The translations under genes were made by a program, and so were the position numbers. A model generated the notes under the pieces. That model had not been told where the DNA came from. It did not search any database and worked only from the letters and a program-made list of their open reading frames with translations. From positions 2,339-66,338 of the forward strand of contig CAZPHU010000007.1 of the NCBI GenBank assembly GCA_964586285.1: a DNA stretch of 64,000 bases, read 5' to 3'. How positions within the stretch are numbered: the first letter of the stretch is position 1; each line of letters begins with the position of its first letter. This document shows, one piece after another, positions 36,795 through 45,370 of the stretch. The DNA is from an uncultured Fibrobacterota bacterium (GTDB lineage Bacteria; Fibrobacterota; Chitinivibrionia; Chitinivibrionales; CAYFVL01).

Positions 36795-36957
36795 CAATCT
36801 TGGGACACAAAGATTTTAGCAATCTTGGGAATCTTCGGAGGGGATTGCACCCGATTGACTAACCCCCTACGTTCACAAGATATTGCGCAACTCATCCGCA
36901 AAGGACTGCTCGTTTCAGGTAAAAAATAAAACACGGTACCATACCGCTTAGGTTTAG
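36795..36957 (-). repeat. unclassified conserved noncoding element, copy B (paralog of 3938-4090)
   Basis: The core 36801-36921 aligns with 3944-4063 (~67% identity by hand). It contains AATCTTGGGA-type boxes at 36796-36805, 36821-30 and 36830-39, plus an inverted copy at 36808-15. It lies 77-240 nt upstream of the bioB start. Confidence 0.6.
36921..36946 (-). terminator. small terminator-like hairpin with U-tract just upstream of the conserved core of copy B
   Basis: Minus strand reads CGGTA-TGG-TACCG followed by TGTTTTATTTTTT. The stem is only 5-6 bp, so it is weak. Confidence 0.3.
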
Positions 36958-37113
36958 GATCGGGCAAAAGATTCACCAAAAAGGAGATAAATCTTCCATC
37001 GCACTGTTCTTCGCAGGAAAGAATAGTCCTGATCTTTGGCGTTGGCGGACTTAAAATAAGCTGTCGTAGCAACAATTCTTTCCGCAGAAAGAACATCTTC
37101 TTACAGCTCCTTT

Positions 37114-38034
37114 TTATTTCAACCGCTTAGCCTCGTTGACTCCCTGCCGAAACTTTTTGATCCATTCTCCAATTTCTTTGTAGCCGGTAATGCTCTGATC
37201 GATGGTAACTTCAAGCAGAATGCGAGTATTGAAGCCGTGATTGAATAGAAGCGAGAGATATTCTTTCCAGGGACTGTTTCCAAGTCCCAGCGGGTTATGG
37301 TCGAAAAAGTTTCCCCGACTGTCCCAGTAAGCATCGTGCAGATGGACATGGCCTACCCGTTGAAGGAACTCTGTAGGCGGGTAAGGTGGTTGCTTTTTGA
37401 GCACGGTGCTTCGCCACGAATGTCCGACATCCCAGCAAACTCCCACAGAAGTGTTCTTGATAAGACTCATTACGCCGTCGAATGTGTCTCCAAGGCGAAC
37501 AAGCTCGTCATCATTGGCATCATGGGGCAGCTGAGTCTCCGCAAATGCGCAAATGCCCGATGATGAGATTGTTTTGTTTCCGATCCATTCAAAAAAGCGG
37601 TTGGCAGCCTCGGTCGCCTGATTTAGTGAACGGTAATGTGGCTCGTACCTGGCGAGCCCCCCGTGGAAAATGACGGAGGTTATATCCTCACTTCGGTCTG
37701 AGAGATTTTGAGCGAGATCAATTATCTCTCCGAGACCGTAACTACAGCTTCTTTCATCGAAAACTTCCGGAGCAAGATTCCCGTGAAGGTATGGGTGAAG
37801 AGAGCAGGCGAGTCCGGCTTCAATGGCGGTTTCACCAATCAGGTAATAAAGGTACAGATCGCTTTCTTCACCGAGAGGAAATTCTATAAAATCGATACCA
37901 CTTTCCTTAAGAAAACGAAAAAAGAAATCCGGTGAACCGAATCTCTCTTCCCAAAGCGGTGCCGTCATGCGAACAGGGTTAACTTTCATCCCTAACTGCA
38001 TCTGAATACCCCTATAATCACGAATGATTAGCAT
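37114..38034 (-). CDS. sugar phosphate isomerase/epimerase (xylose isomerase-like TIM barrel) family protein
   Basis: 306 aa. Motifs WDVGH, VHLHD and DHNPLGLG, typical of the AP endonuclease 2 / xylose isomerase-like TIM-barrel fold. Confidence 0.75.
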   Translation of the reverse strand: MLIIRDYRGIQMQLGMKVNPVRMTAPLWEERFGSPDFFFRFLKESGIDFIEFPLGEESDLYLYYLIGETAIEAGLACSLHPYLHGNLAPEVFDERSCSYGLGEIIDLAQNLSDRSEDITSVIFHGGLARYEPHYRSLNQATEAANRFFEWIGNKTISSSGICAFAETQLPHDANDDELVRLGDTFDGVMSLIKNTSVGVCWDVGHSWRSTVLKKQPPYPPTEFLQRVGHVHLHDAYWDSRGNFFDHNPLGLGNSPWKEYLSLLFNHGFNTRILLEVTIDQSITGYKEIGEWIKKFRQGVNEAKRLK

Positions 38035-38068
38035 TCATGGCCGGTGTCTTTAACTCACATAAATCATC

Positions 38069-38085
38069 ATAATTAATTTAATTAT
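38069..38085. promoter_or_regulatory. 17-bp AT-only palindrome ATAATTAA-T-TTAATTAT upstream of the TIM-barrel gene
   Basis: Read directly; the arms are perfect 8+8. It lies 35-50 nt upstream of the ATG at 38034. Confidence 0.25.
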
Positions 38086-38146
38086 GGCGGCATTTTCAAA
38101 AGGGCGAAATCATGTTTTTACGTCATATTGGAGATATATTCTATTT

Positions 38147-38839
38147 TTACCGACAATTTTTCTTCATAAATGAGGATAGATGATCTTGCGGATATACGTT
38201 CTTTTGGAGAAAAAAACCATGCCCGCCGTCCAGGCACAAGATATCCGCCCCAAGGGTTTCTGCCAGATCCATACCGGCTCTCAATGGTATTATGCGATCC
38301 TTTTTACCATGAAGCAGTAGCAGGGGTATATCGATATTCGACAGCTGGGCGGGGGAGTAGGAGAGTTGGCTCAGCAGATCAAGTCCGTCAATAAGATGCC
38401 GAGTTGAATAGGCGGATGTGTCGGGAAAGGGGTGTTGTATGGCACAATTCTCGAAGAATTGCCCCAGTGTTTTGTTCCGGTTAGTTTTAAGTCCAACTTT
38501 CATTCCCCGAATCATGGTCTCAGGCATACCAAATCGGAAATCATCCTTGCGGCAAAAGGAGCGCGTTGCGGAAAGCAAAACGGCCATGCGGGGTTTAATA
38601 ATCGGAATCAAACCGAGAGAAAGAATTGCTCCTGTTGACCATCCTGCCAGACAGTCTATATTTGTAATGTTTTCGCCCAAAGTGCCGGCAAACGCAAGAG
38701 GCCAATCCGGCTTTATCGCTCCGTCTACTATCAGCGAACTCATTAAGTTATTAACATCAATTAAGATTGCATTCTCATCAAAAAGCGGTTTAAGCATGGA
38801 TGGGGGGCAGGCCCACCCTCCTAAAACAAGCGTTTTCAT
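38147..38839 (-). CDS. alpha/beta hydrolase, probable pimeloyl-ACP methyl ester esterase (BioH/BioG-type)
   Basis: GWSTG nucleophile elbow, ~230 aa. The ATG at 38839 forms an ATGA overlap with the bioF stop. Function is inferred from its position between bioF and bioB. Confidence 0.6.
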   Translation of the reverse strand: MKTLVLGGWACPPSMLKPLFDENAILIDVNNLMSSLIVDGAIKPDWPLAFAGTLGENITNIDCLAGWSTGAILSLGLIPIIKPRMAVLLSATRSFCRKDDFRFGMPETMIRGMKVGLKTNRNKTLGQFFENCAIQHPFPDTSAYSTRHLIDGLDLLSQLSYSPAQLSNIDIPLLLLHGKKDRIIPLRAGMDLAETLGADILCLDGGHGFFLQKNVYPQDHLSSFMKKNCR

Positions 38840-39975
38840 TGCCGATCCTTCCATTCCCTCAATACCGCCAAAAGAGCCTCCATATGCTCGGAATTAAGTT
38901 CGCTGTTTATCGAGAACCGCAGTCGCGCGGTTCCTATGGGAACCGTCGGTGGACGTATCGCGGGTACTTTGATTCCTTTTTCACGAAAAAAACGGGATAG
39001 TTCGAGACATTTCTTATCATTGCCGATAAGGCAGGGGATGATCTGGCTCGTCGAGTTAAGTGTATCAAATCCCAAATCTTGAATTTTTTGCCTAAGTTGG
39101 TCGGCCACACTCAGGAGATTCAGGCCCAAAAGTGGATGGTTTCGTATATACCTGACCGATGCCAAATCGAAGGCAAGAACGGAATGTGGCAGGGCGGTCG
39201 AATAGATAAGGCTTCTTGCGGTGTTTACCAGGTAATCGCGTAAAAATTTGCTGCCCGCAAAAAAACCACCCAAGCCGCCTACGGCTTTGCTTAAAGTCCC
39301 CATGCGGATGTCAACGACCTCTTCCAGGCCGCACTCCTCAACCAGACCGCTGAGCTTCTTTCCAAAAATGCCGGTCGCGTGAGCTTCATCCACCATGACC
39401 AGGGCACCGCTCCGAGCTGCCAGATCACAAATCGCCTCCAGCGGTGCCCGGTTTCCGTCCATGCTAAAAACCGAATCGGTTACGATGATTTTCTCCTCGG
39501 CTTCACAGCTATTCAGTCGGTTATGTAAATCATCCATATCGCAATGTCGGTAACGAATCATCTTTGCTTTGGACAACCTGATCCCGTCAACAATGGAAGC
39601 ATGATTGAGTTTGTCCGAGAAGATTACCGTGTCGCGGGTTGCCAGTGCCTGAATAATGCCTACATTCGCGGCATAGCCGCTGTTGAAAATAAGCGAGGAT
39701 TCTGTACTTTTCCAGTCGGCCAGCTCTCTTTCCAGTTCAGAATAAAGAGCACTGCGGGAGCCGATCAGTCTGGATGCCAAATTTCCGGCCAGGTTACCTT
39801 CAAGCAGGCGCAGAGCCTCAATGCTGACTTCCTTTCTGCTCTCTACGGCCAAATAGCTGTTGGTAGAGACATCCAGCTCGAAATTCTGCACCCCGGGCAG
39901 AGTGCGGAAAAGATCGTTTGCTGTTTTCTCCGCCAGCGTGCGTTTAAGGCGGTGATAAATATACGATTTGTCCAT
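38836..39975 (-). CDS. bioF: 8-amino-7-oxononanoate synthase
   Basis: 379 aa. Class-II aminotransferase with DEAH, SVFSMDG and TLSKAVG (PLP lysine) motifs. Confidence 0.9.
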   Translation of the reverse strand: MDKSYIYHRLKRTLAEKTANDLFRTLPGVQNFELDVSTNSYLAVESRKEVSIEALRLLEGNLAGNLASRLIGSRSALYSELERELADWKSTESSLIFNSGYAANVGIIQALATRDTVIFSDKLNHASIVDGIRLSKAKMIRYRHCDMDDLHNRLNSCEAEEKIIVTDSVFSMDGNRAPLEAICDLAARSGALVMVDEAHATGIFGKKLSGLVEECGLEEVVDIRMGTLSKAVGGLGGFFAGSKFLRDYLVNTARSLIYSTALPHSVLAFDLASVRYIRNHPLLGLNLLSVADQLRQKIQDLGFDTLNSTSQIIPCLIGNDKKCLELSRFFREKGIKVPAIRPPTVPIGTARLRFSINSELNSEHMEALLAVLREWKDRQ

Positions 39976-40058
39976 TGAGCGGATTCCAGCTTACGGTTAA
40001 AGTGCCAATTTTAATCTACAAATATTTCAGAAAAGTAAGATGTGGACATCGGATGTTC

Positions 40059-40763
40059 TTACAGATACTTCTGTGCAAGGCTTCGACAAAACTTCTCGAT
40101 TGCCGGCGAAATAGAATCTCCGTAAGACATGGAAAAGAGAGGAACGGGAGAAATTTTTTCCTGTATTGTATCCCGATTATCTTCGAAAATATAGTCACGC
40201 TCCCCGGCGATCATTTCATTAAACACCACAGCCGCAATCTCAATATCACGCTCAACCAATGCCTGAAAACTTAAGAATGTATGATTGAGGGTTCCAAGCT
40301 TCGGTGATGTGACCAGTATTACCGGAAGCTTTATGCTTTGGATAAGATCCAGCATATAGTAAGCCTTGTTTATTGGAACCATTAGGCCGCCCGCTCCTTC
40401 TATTATGGTACAGTCGGCGGTTTGAGCGACTTCCTCCATCGACTGCATTATCACCCCGATCTCAATATCTACGCCGGATTTCTTTGCGCCAAGGTGAGGG
40501 GAGCAGGCCGGCTCGAATTTGTACGGCACATGTCGATCGTAGGAGGCCGTCATGCATGCGTCACCATCCATTACATAATCAAAATCGGGCGCGTGAAGTA
40601 TTAAGTCATCTTTTAACTCACATCCCGTCTGGATCGGTTTTGCATAGGTTACCACCTGCATAAACTTTGCAAAACCGTCCGCGAGTTGTCTGGAAACGTA
40701 CGTTTTTCCAATATCCGTATCTGTTCCAGTCACAAAAAATCCTGATATCATAAGTTTGTCCAT
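40059..40763 (-). CDS. bioD: dethiobiotin synthase
   Basis: 234 aa. P-loop FFVTGTDTDIGKT and EGAGG motif. Confidence 0.9.
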   Translation of the reverse strand: MDKLMISGFFVTGTDTDIGKTYVSRQLADGFAKFMQVVTYAKPIQTGCELKDDLILHAPDFDYVMDGDACMTASYDRHVPYKFEPACSPHLGAKKSGVDIEIGVIMQSMEEVAQTADCTIIEGAGGLMVPINKAYYMLDLIQSIKLPVILVTSPKLGTLNHTFLSFQALVERDIEIAAVVFNEMIAGERDYIFEDNRDTIQEKISPVPLFSMSYGDSISPAIEKFCRSLAQKYL

Positions 40764-40929
40764 TGAGCAAGTGTATTAGAATAACAGAGATGCATTATAG
40801 TAAAATTTTTCTTTCATTTGACCTGAATAATAGAAAAATACACTATTTTTCCTTTTAACACTTTGAAAGCGGCTTACAAAACTGTTCAATGACCCTCAAC
40901 CATAGTTCTGGGAAAAAGAGGAGATACGG

Positions 40930-41991
40930 ATGGGAGAAGTATTGAAAAGTTCCTATGCTCATAAGCATTCCGGGAAGCGGATAGCGGTGCTCTCACCTGT
41001 TGCATGGCGTACCCCGCCTCGGAAATATGGTGCATGGGAGACTGTTGCAAGCAACATAACTGAAGGGCTGATTAGTAACGGCTGGGATGTAACACTGTTT
41101 GCCACTAAAGACTCAATAACCAGTGCCAATCTCAAAGCGGTAATCAGTCACGGGTATGAAGAAAACCCGATGCTCGACCCCAAGGTGTGTGAATATTTGC
41201 ACATAAGTGAGTTTTTTGAACATGAGCATGAATACGATTTATTGCACTGCCCCTATGATTTCATGGCACTGACGTACAGTCGTTTGGTAAAAACGCCTGT
41301 TCTAACAACGGTGCACGGCTTCTCTTCCCCGAAAATTCTTCCGGTATATTATAAATATTCAAACGTTCACTACGTTTCGATCAGCGATGCCGACCGCGAT
41401 CCCAACATGAAATATCTGGCCACCGTTTATAACGGTATCGATCTGTCGCTTCACACTTTCCACCCCAAAGCCGGAGAATACCTCGTGTTTCTTGGACGTA
41501 TTCATCCGGATAAAGGAACCCATCTTGCTGTTGAGGTCGCGCGCAAATCGGGGCGTAAGCTGCTGATTGCCGGTATTATACAAGATATGGAATATTACAT
41601 GAAAAAAGTGAAACCTCACATAGACGATTACCGGATAAGATATGTGGGTTCGGTTGGTCCTCGGGAACGTAATGAACTTTTTTCAAATGCCTATGCCTTG
41701 CTGCATTTGAATGAATTGCCTGAGCGATTCGGGCTTGTTATGGCCGAGGCAAACGCCGGGGGGCTCCCGGTCATAGCGCTGGATAACGGTTCATGCAGAG
41801 AAGTCATCGAGGATCAGGTTACCGGTTTTTTGGTAAACAGCGTAGATGAAGCGGTCGAGGCGTTGTCGCGAATACCGCAGATAGATAGAAATGCCTGTCG
41901 AAAAAGAGTAGAGCGATTATTTTCCAGAGAAGCGATGGTTCACTCCTATGAACGGGTATATGATATGATTTTTTGCGGAAATAAGAATTAA
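40930..41991 (+). CDS. glycosyltransferase family 4
   Basis: 353 aa. GT-B fold with the C-terminal E-x7-E-type region (FGLVMAEANAGGLPVIA...EVIED). Confidence 0.8.
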   Translation: MGEVLKSSYAHKHSGKRIAVLSPVAWRTPPRKYGAWETVASNITEGLISNGWDVTLFATKDSITSANLKAVISHGYEENPMLDPKVCEYLHISEFFEHEHEYDLLHCPYDFMALTYSRLVKTPVLTTVHGFSSPKILPVYYKYSNVHYVSISDADRDPNMKYLATVYNGIDLSLHTFHPKAGEYLVFLGRIHPDKGTHLAVEVARKSGRKLLIAGIIQDMEYYMKKVKPHIDDYRIRYVGSVGPRERNELFSNAYALLHLNELPERFGLVMAEANAGGLPVIALDNGSCREVIEDQVTGFLVNSVDEAVEALSRIPQIDRNACRKRVERLFSREAMVHSYERVYDMIFCGNKN

Positions 41992-42111
41992 ACAGGTCGA
42001 TGATTAATTGTATTTTGTTAGATTGTTGTCAATATTAACTTTGACGCGGAACATTAGACTATTTTTATACTCTTTTTTCCGACAGTTATTACCTCGTGGA
42101 GTGTGTATCTC

Positions 42112-43140
42112 ATGAATATGTCTTATGTGCGTAAAATACCAAAAGTGGAAGAGATCCTTTCAGATCAGCCTCTGGATGAGCAATTAAGGGAGTTAAAAAC
42201 CCGTCGTGATGATGAAATCAAAGCAGTTTTTGAGCAGAGAAGCGACAAGTTTCTTGTTGTAATCGGCCCCTGTTCAGCTCATGATGAGGAAGCGGTGATC
42301 GATTATGTGAACCGGCTTGCGAAAGTTCAGGAGAAGACAAGAGATAAACTCATCTTGATTCCCCGCATATACACCAATAAGCCTCGTACGACCGGGCAGG
42401 GCTACAAAGGCATGATGCACCAGCCTAATCATAGAGAAAAACCCAACGTCTCTGAGGGAATACGGATGATTCGTCGTATGCACATTCGGGCGCTGCGTGA
42501 AAGTGGGCTTACGGGAGCCGATGAGATGCTGTATCCGGGAAATCATCCCTATTTGGAAGATGTGCTCAGCTATGTGGCGGTTGGAGCAAGATCGGTGGAA
42601 AATCAGCAGCACCGCCTTACGGCAAGTGGTCTGAATATACCGGTTGGAATGAAAAATCCGACAAGTGGAGATATCGGTGTACTTTTAAATTCAATAGAAG
42701 CTGCTCAGCACTCTCATATCTTTGTGTATAACGGGTGGGAGGTTCAGACTCGCGGAAATGCATTCTCACACGCGATTTTACGCGGTTCCATAAATCAGTA
42801 CGGAAAGCATATACCCAATTACCATTACGATGATCTTGACAGGCTTGCCGACGCATATGGTAAGAGAGAGCTGCAAAATCCGTTGATTATGGTGGATACT
42901 AACCATGATAACTCCGCGAAAAAGTATAAGGAACAACCCAGAATCGCTTTGGAGGTTCTTCGCGGCCGCAAACACTCTGCTTCTCTTAGTCGTCTGGTTC
43001 GGGGCTTGATGATTGAGAGTTATCTCGTTGAAGGAAGACAGGAGCCGGAAGGAAGCGTGTACGGGCAGTCGATAACCGATCCGTGTCTTGGATGGGAAGA
43101 ATCTGAGAAGCTACTCTTTGAAATTGCGGATAGCCTTTAA
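42112..43140 (+). CDS. 3-deoxy-7-phosphoheptulonate (DAHP) synthase, class I
   Basis: IGPCSAHD, KPRTT and DTNHDNS motifs. ATG at 42112 preferred over the GTG at 42103. Confidence 0.9.
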   Translation: MNMSYVRKIPKVEEILSDQPLDEQLRELKTRRDDEIKAVFEQRSDKFLVVIGPCSAHDEEAVIDYVNRLAKVQEKTRDKLILIPRIYTNKPRTTGQGYKGMMHQPNHREKPNVSEGIRMIRRMHIRALRESGLTGADEMLYPGNHPYLEDVLSYVAVGARSVENQQHRLTASGLNIPVGMKNPTSGDIGVLLNSIEAAQHSHIFVYNGWEVQTRGNAFSHAILRGSINQYGKHIPNYHYDDLDRLADAYGKRELQNPLIMVDTNHDNSAKKYKEQPRIALEVLRGRKHSASLSRLVRGLMIESYLVEGRQEPEGSVYGQSITDPCLGWEESEKLLFEIADSL

Positions 43141-43168
43141 CCGGTAGAGGTTTAATAACCGATTCAAT

Positions 43169-43204
43169 GCTTCCGTCTTCCTTATGCGCAAAGAAGGCGG
43201 AGGC
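43169..43204 (+). terminator. terminator-like hairpin after the DAHP synthase gene (no U-tract)
   Basis: GCTTCCGTCTTC / GAAGGCGGAGGC form a 12-bp stem including two G-U pairs, with a 12-nt loop. Confidence 0.3.
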
Positions 43205-43263
43205 TCGAAAGAACGGTATGCTCTGTTTTGGATAAACGGCACTTGTTTACATAAGACGAATTA

Positions 43264-43290
43264 TGTAACGGATGTGGTTTTCAATACGTT
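43264..43290 (+). promoter_or_regulatory. candidate ECF-type promoter (TGTAAC-N17-CGTT) upstream of the ECF sigma gene
   Basis: AAC and CGT cores at ECF-like spacing, ~47 nt upstream of the GTG start at 43337. Confidence 0.3.
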
Positions 43291-43336
43291 ATTTATAAGT
43301 GTCACCAGAACAGTATCCTAAGATCCGGGAGGACTC

Positions 43337-43816
43337 GTGGAAAAAGACAGGTTCAGGGAACTATACGAGCATAGTGCTACGAGGGTGTACAATTTTGTTC
43401 TCTGGATGGTGCGAAACCGTGAAGCGTGTGAAGATATTGTACAAACGGCTTTTATACGAGCGTGGCAATCGGATGCTCCAACAGATTTGTGTGATGCGGA
43501 AAACTGGCTTTTGCGGGTCAGTAGGAATCTATGTATAGATTTTTTTCGCAAAAGAAAACGTTCGGCGCAATTCAGATCAAAGTACAGAAATGAAATCCCT
43601 CTCTACTCGTCAGCGAAACAGGAGTCCAGTTTTACCTGGGAACTTCTTGGAACTCTTAAGGAGGAGGAGCGAAGCATTCTTTTCCTTCACCTGCGAATGG
43701 GTTACGGATACAAGGAAGTTGCCGATGTTGTTGGTTCCACTGAATCGGCTGTAAGAGTAAAAGCGTTTCGAGCGCTTAAGAAGTTACGTAAAAGTCTGAC
43801 CAAGGAGTCGGTATGA
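43337..43816 (+). CDS. ECF-family RNA polymerase sigma factor
   Basis: 159 aa with sigma-70 region 2 (DIVQTAFIRAW) and region 4 (YKEVADVVGSTESAVRVKAFRALKKL). Confidence 0.85.
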   Translation: MEKDRFRELYEHSATRVYNFVLWMVRNREACEDIVQTAFIRAWQSDAPTDLCDAENWLLRVSRNLCIDFFRKRKRSAQFRSKYRNEIPLYSSAKQESSFTWELLGTLKEEERSILFLHLRMGYGYKEVADVVGSTESAVRVKAFRALKKLRKSLTKESV

Positions 43817-44154
43817 GTAATTTTCTGATTGATCATCCTACGGAAGATGCTCTGATTGAGCATGTGCTTGCTGTCGGCGAAAAAGAGGATACGGTTGAGA
43901 AGCATGTTGATGAATGTGCATCCTGCTCAGAGACATTAGCTCAGTTCAGGGGGCTAAAAGAAGCGCTGATCAGCATGCCGGAGGAAGAATTGCCGGATTC
44001 ATTACGGAAGCGTATTCTCAAGAGTTCAGACGGTGTCCAGAAGCAGTTTGAAATATTATCCGCCATACAGCTGGTTCGTTCTCCCTTCGTGGCGGGAATC
44101 GGAATAGTCATACTGGTTCTTTTTCTCTATTTTTTATACTTTTTCATCAGCTGA
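43813..44154 (+). CDS. zinc-binding (ZAS-type) anti-sigma factor, single-pass membrane protein
   Basis: ATGA overlap with the sigma gene. HVDECASC (HxxxCxxC) motif and a C-terminal TM helix. Confidence 0.7.
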   Translation: MSNFLIDHPTEDALIEHVLAVGEKEDTVEKHVDECASCSETLAQFRGLKEALISMPEEELPDSLRKRILKSSDGVQKQFEILSAIQLVRSPFVAGIGIVILVLFLYFLYFFIS

Positions 44155-44305
44155 TATAATTTTCAGCTCAAGAGAGCAAGGTCGACTTCACCCTCAAATT
44201 TGCGCATTTTGTTTTTAACCTCGAGGGGTAGAATTTAAAGAATGCCGCATGGATTAACTTTTTATTTTTGAATATTCGTTTTGTCAGAGGCTATTTTGTG
44301 TATAT

Positions 44306-45370
44306 GTGAAAAGCTCTCCGAGTAAGTTATTTCTCCAGCATCCTATATATACCTGCTTTTTTATGTTTTGTATCAGATTAATAATAATTTCGGTGCTGTT
44401 GTCGTGCACTTTCGCTTTATCATCACCCGGATTGGATGCCGCAATTGACTCCGCAATGATACAGCTGGTTAATCAGAACTATTCTCGCGCTAGAATGTTT
44501 TTGGACTCTGCTTTTGTAATCGATCCGAAAAGTGCGGATGCTTTGTACTTGAAGGTAACAGTCGATCAAACCGAACTACTGGATTATGAGTCTTACGCAA
44601 TTCATGGTGAAGAGTTTCTAAAACTGGCCGACAGCGTTCTTGATCAGCTGAATCTGATTAGTAAAAGCTCCGATAAAAACACCATCGATTTTTATAGGGG
44701 GAATATTTTAGGTGGTAAAGGCATAATAAAAGCAAAAACCGGAAATTGGATGGGGGCTGTCGGAGATGCCATGAAATCGGTATCTATTCTGAAAGATGTC
44801 ATATCAAGGGACAGCAGTTTCTATGCGGCTTATCTGGGCGTTGGGGTATTCAACTATTATCTGAGCCAAAACTTGAAATGGGTGCCTTTCATGGGAGACA
44901 AATCACAAGAGGGATTACGTTTAATCGAAAAATCCTGCCGTGCGCAATTCCCCTTTAACTATGCCGCAAACAACACACTTGCCTGGATACTGATCGACCG
45001 AAAGGAATTCAGAAAAGCCGACTCAATTGTAAACGCGGTTCTTAGTATGCATCCCGAAAATACCATTTTTTTAAGGATAAAAGCCCGTCTGGCTCTATGG
45101 ACGGGGCGATACGACAAGGCAATACAATCGGGAACACAACTTTACGAATTGTCTGAGCAAAGAAAACCGGTTAACTGGTCCGATCTACTTTCGGGCTATC
45201 AAATTGTGGTTGAAAGTTACGCCAAAAAGAAGGATTACCAATCCTGCGGCGTTATGGTTGAAAAAGCAATGGGTTATACCATCCCCGCCCCTTACGATCA
45301 GATCGAATATGTGAGCCGGCATTCCGAATTTCTCAGGCAAATGAAGGATAAATGTGCAAAAAGTGAATAA
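44306..45370 (+). CDS. hypothetical secreted helical-repeat (TPR-like) protein
   Basis: 354 aa. N-terminal hydrophobic signal/anchor and helical-repeat composition. First gene of a six-gene, tightly coupled operon. Confidence 0.5.
   Translation: MKSSPSKLFLQHPIYTCFFMFCIRLIIISVLLSCTFALSSPGLDAAIDSAMIQLVNQNYSRARMFLDSAFVIDPKSADALYLKVTVDQTELLDYESYAIHGEEFLKLADSVLDQLNLISKSSDKNTIDFYRGNILGGKGIIKAKTGNWMGAVGDAMKSVSILKDVISRDSSFYAAYLGVGVFNYYLSQNLKWVPFMGDKSQEGLRLIEKSCRAQFPFNYAANNTLAWILIDRKEFRKADSIVNAVLSMHPENTIFLRIKARLALWTGRYDKAIQSGTQLYELSEQRKPVNWSDLLSGYQIVVESYAKKKDYQSCGVMVEKAMGYTIPAPYDQIEYVSRHSEFLRQMKDKCAKSE

Noticed and set aside
36794-37096. 100-aa minus-strand ORF filling the gap between the TIM-barrel gene and bioB
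   Set aside because: Its C-terminal third is encoded by the repeated AATCTTGGGA boxes (giving KIPKIAKI). The homologous noncoding copy at 3938-4090 has no corresponding ORF and differs by non-triplet indels. The composition is not protein-like.
40855-40889. Possible BirA operator between bioD and the GT4 gene (TTAACA ... TGTTCAA)
   Set aside because: The half-sites are in the wrong relative orientation for the TGTWAAC-N14/15-GTTWACA palindrome, and they lie closer to the glycosyltransferase start than to bioD.
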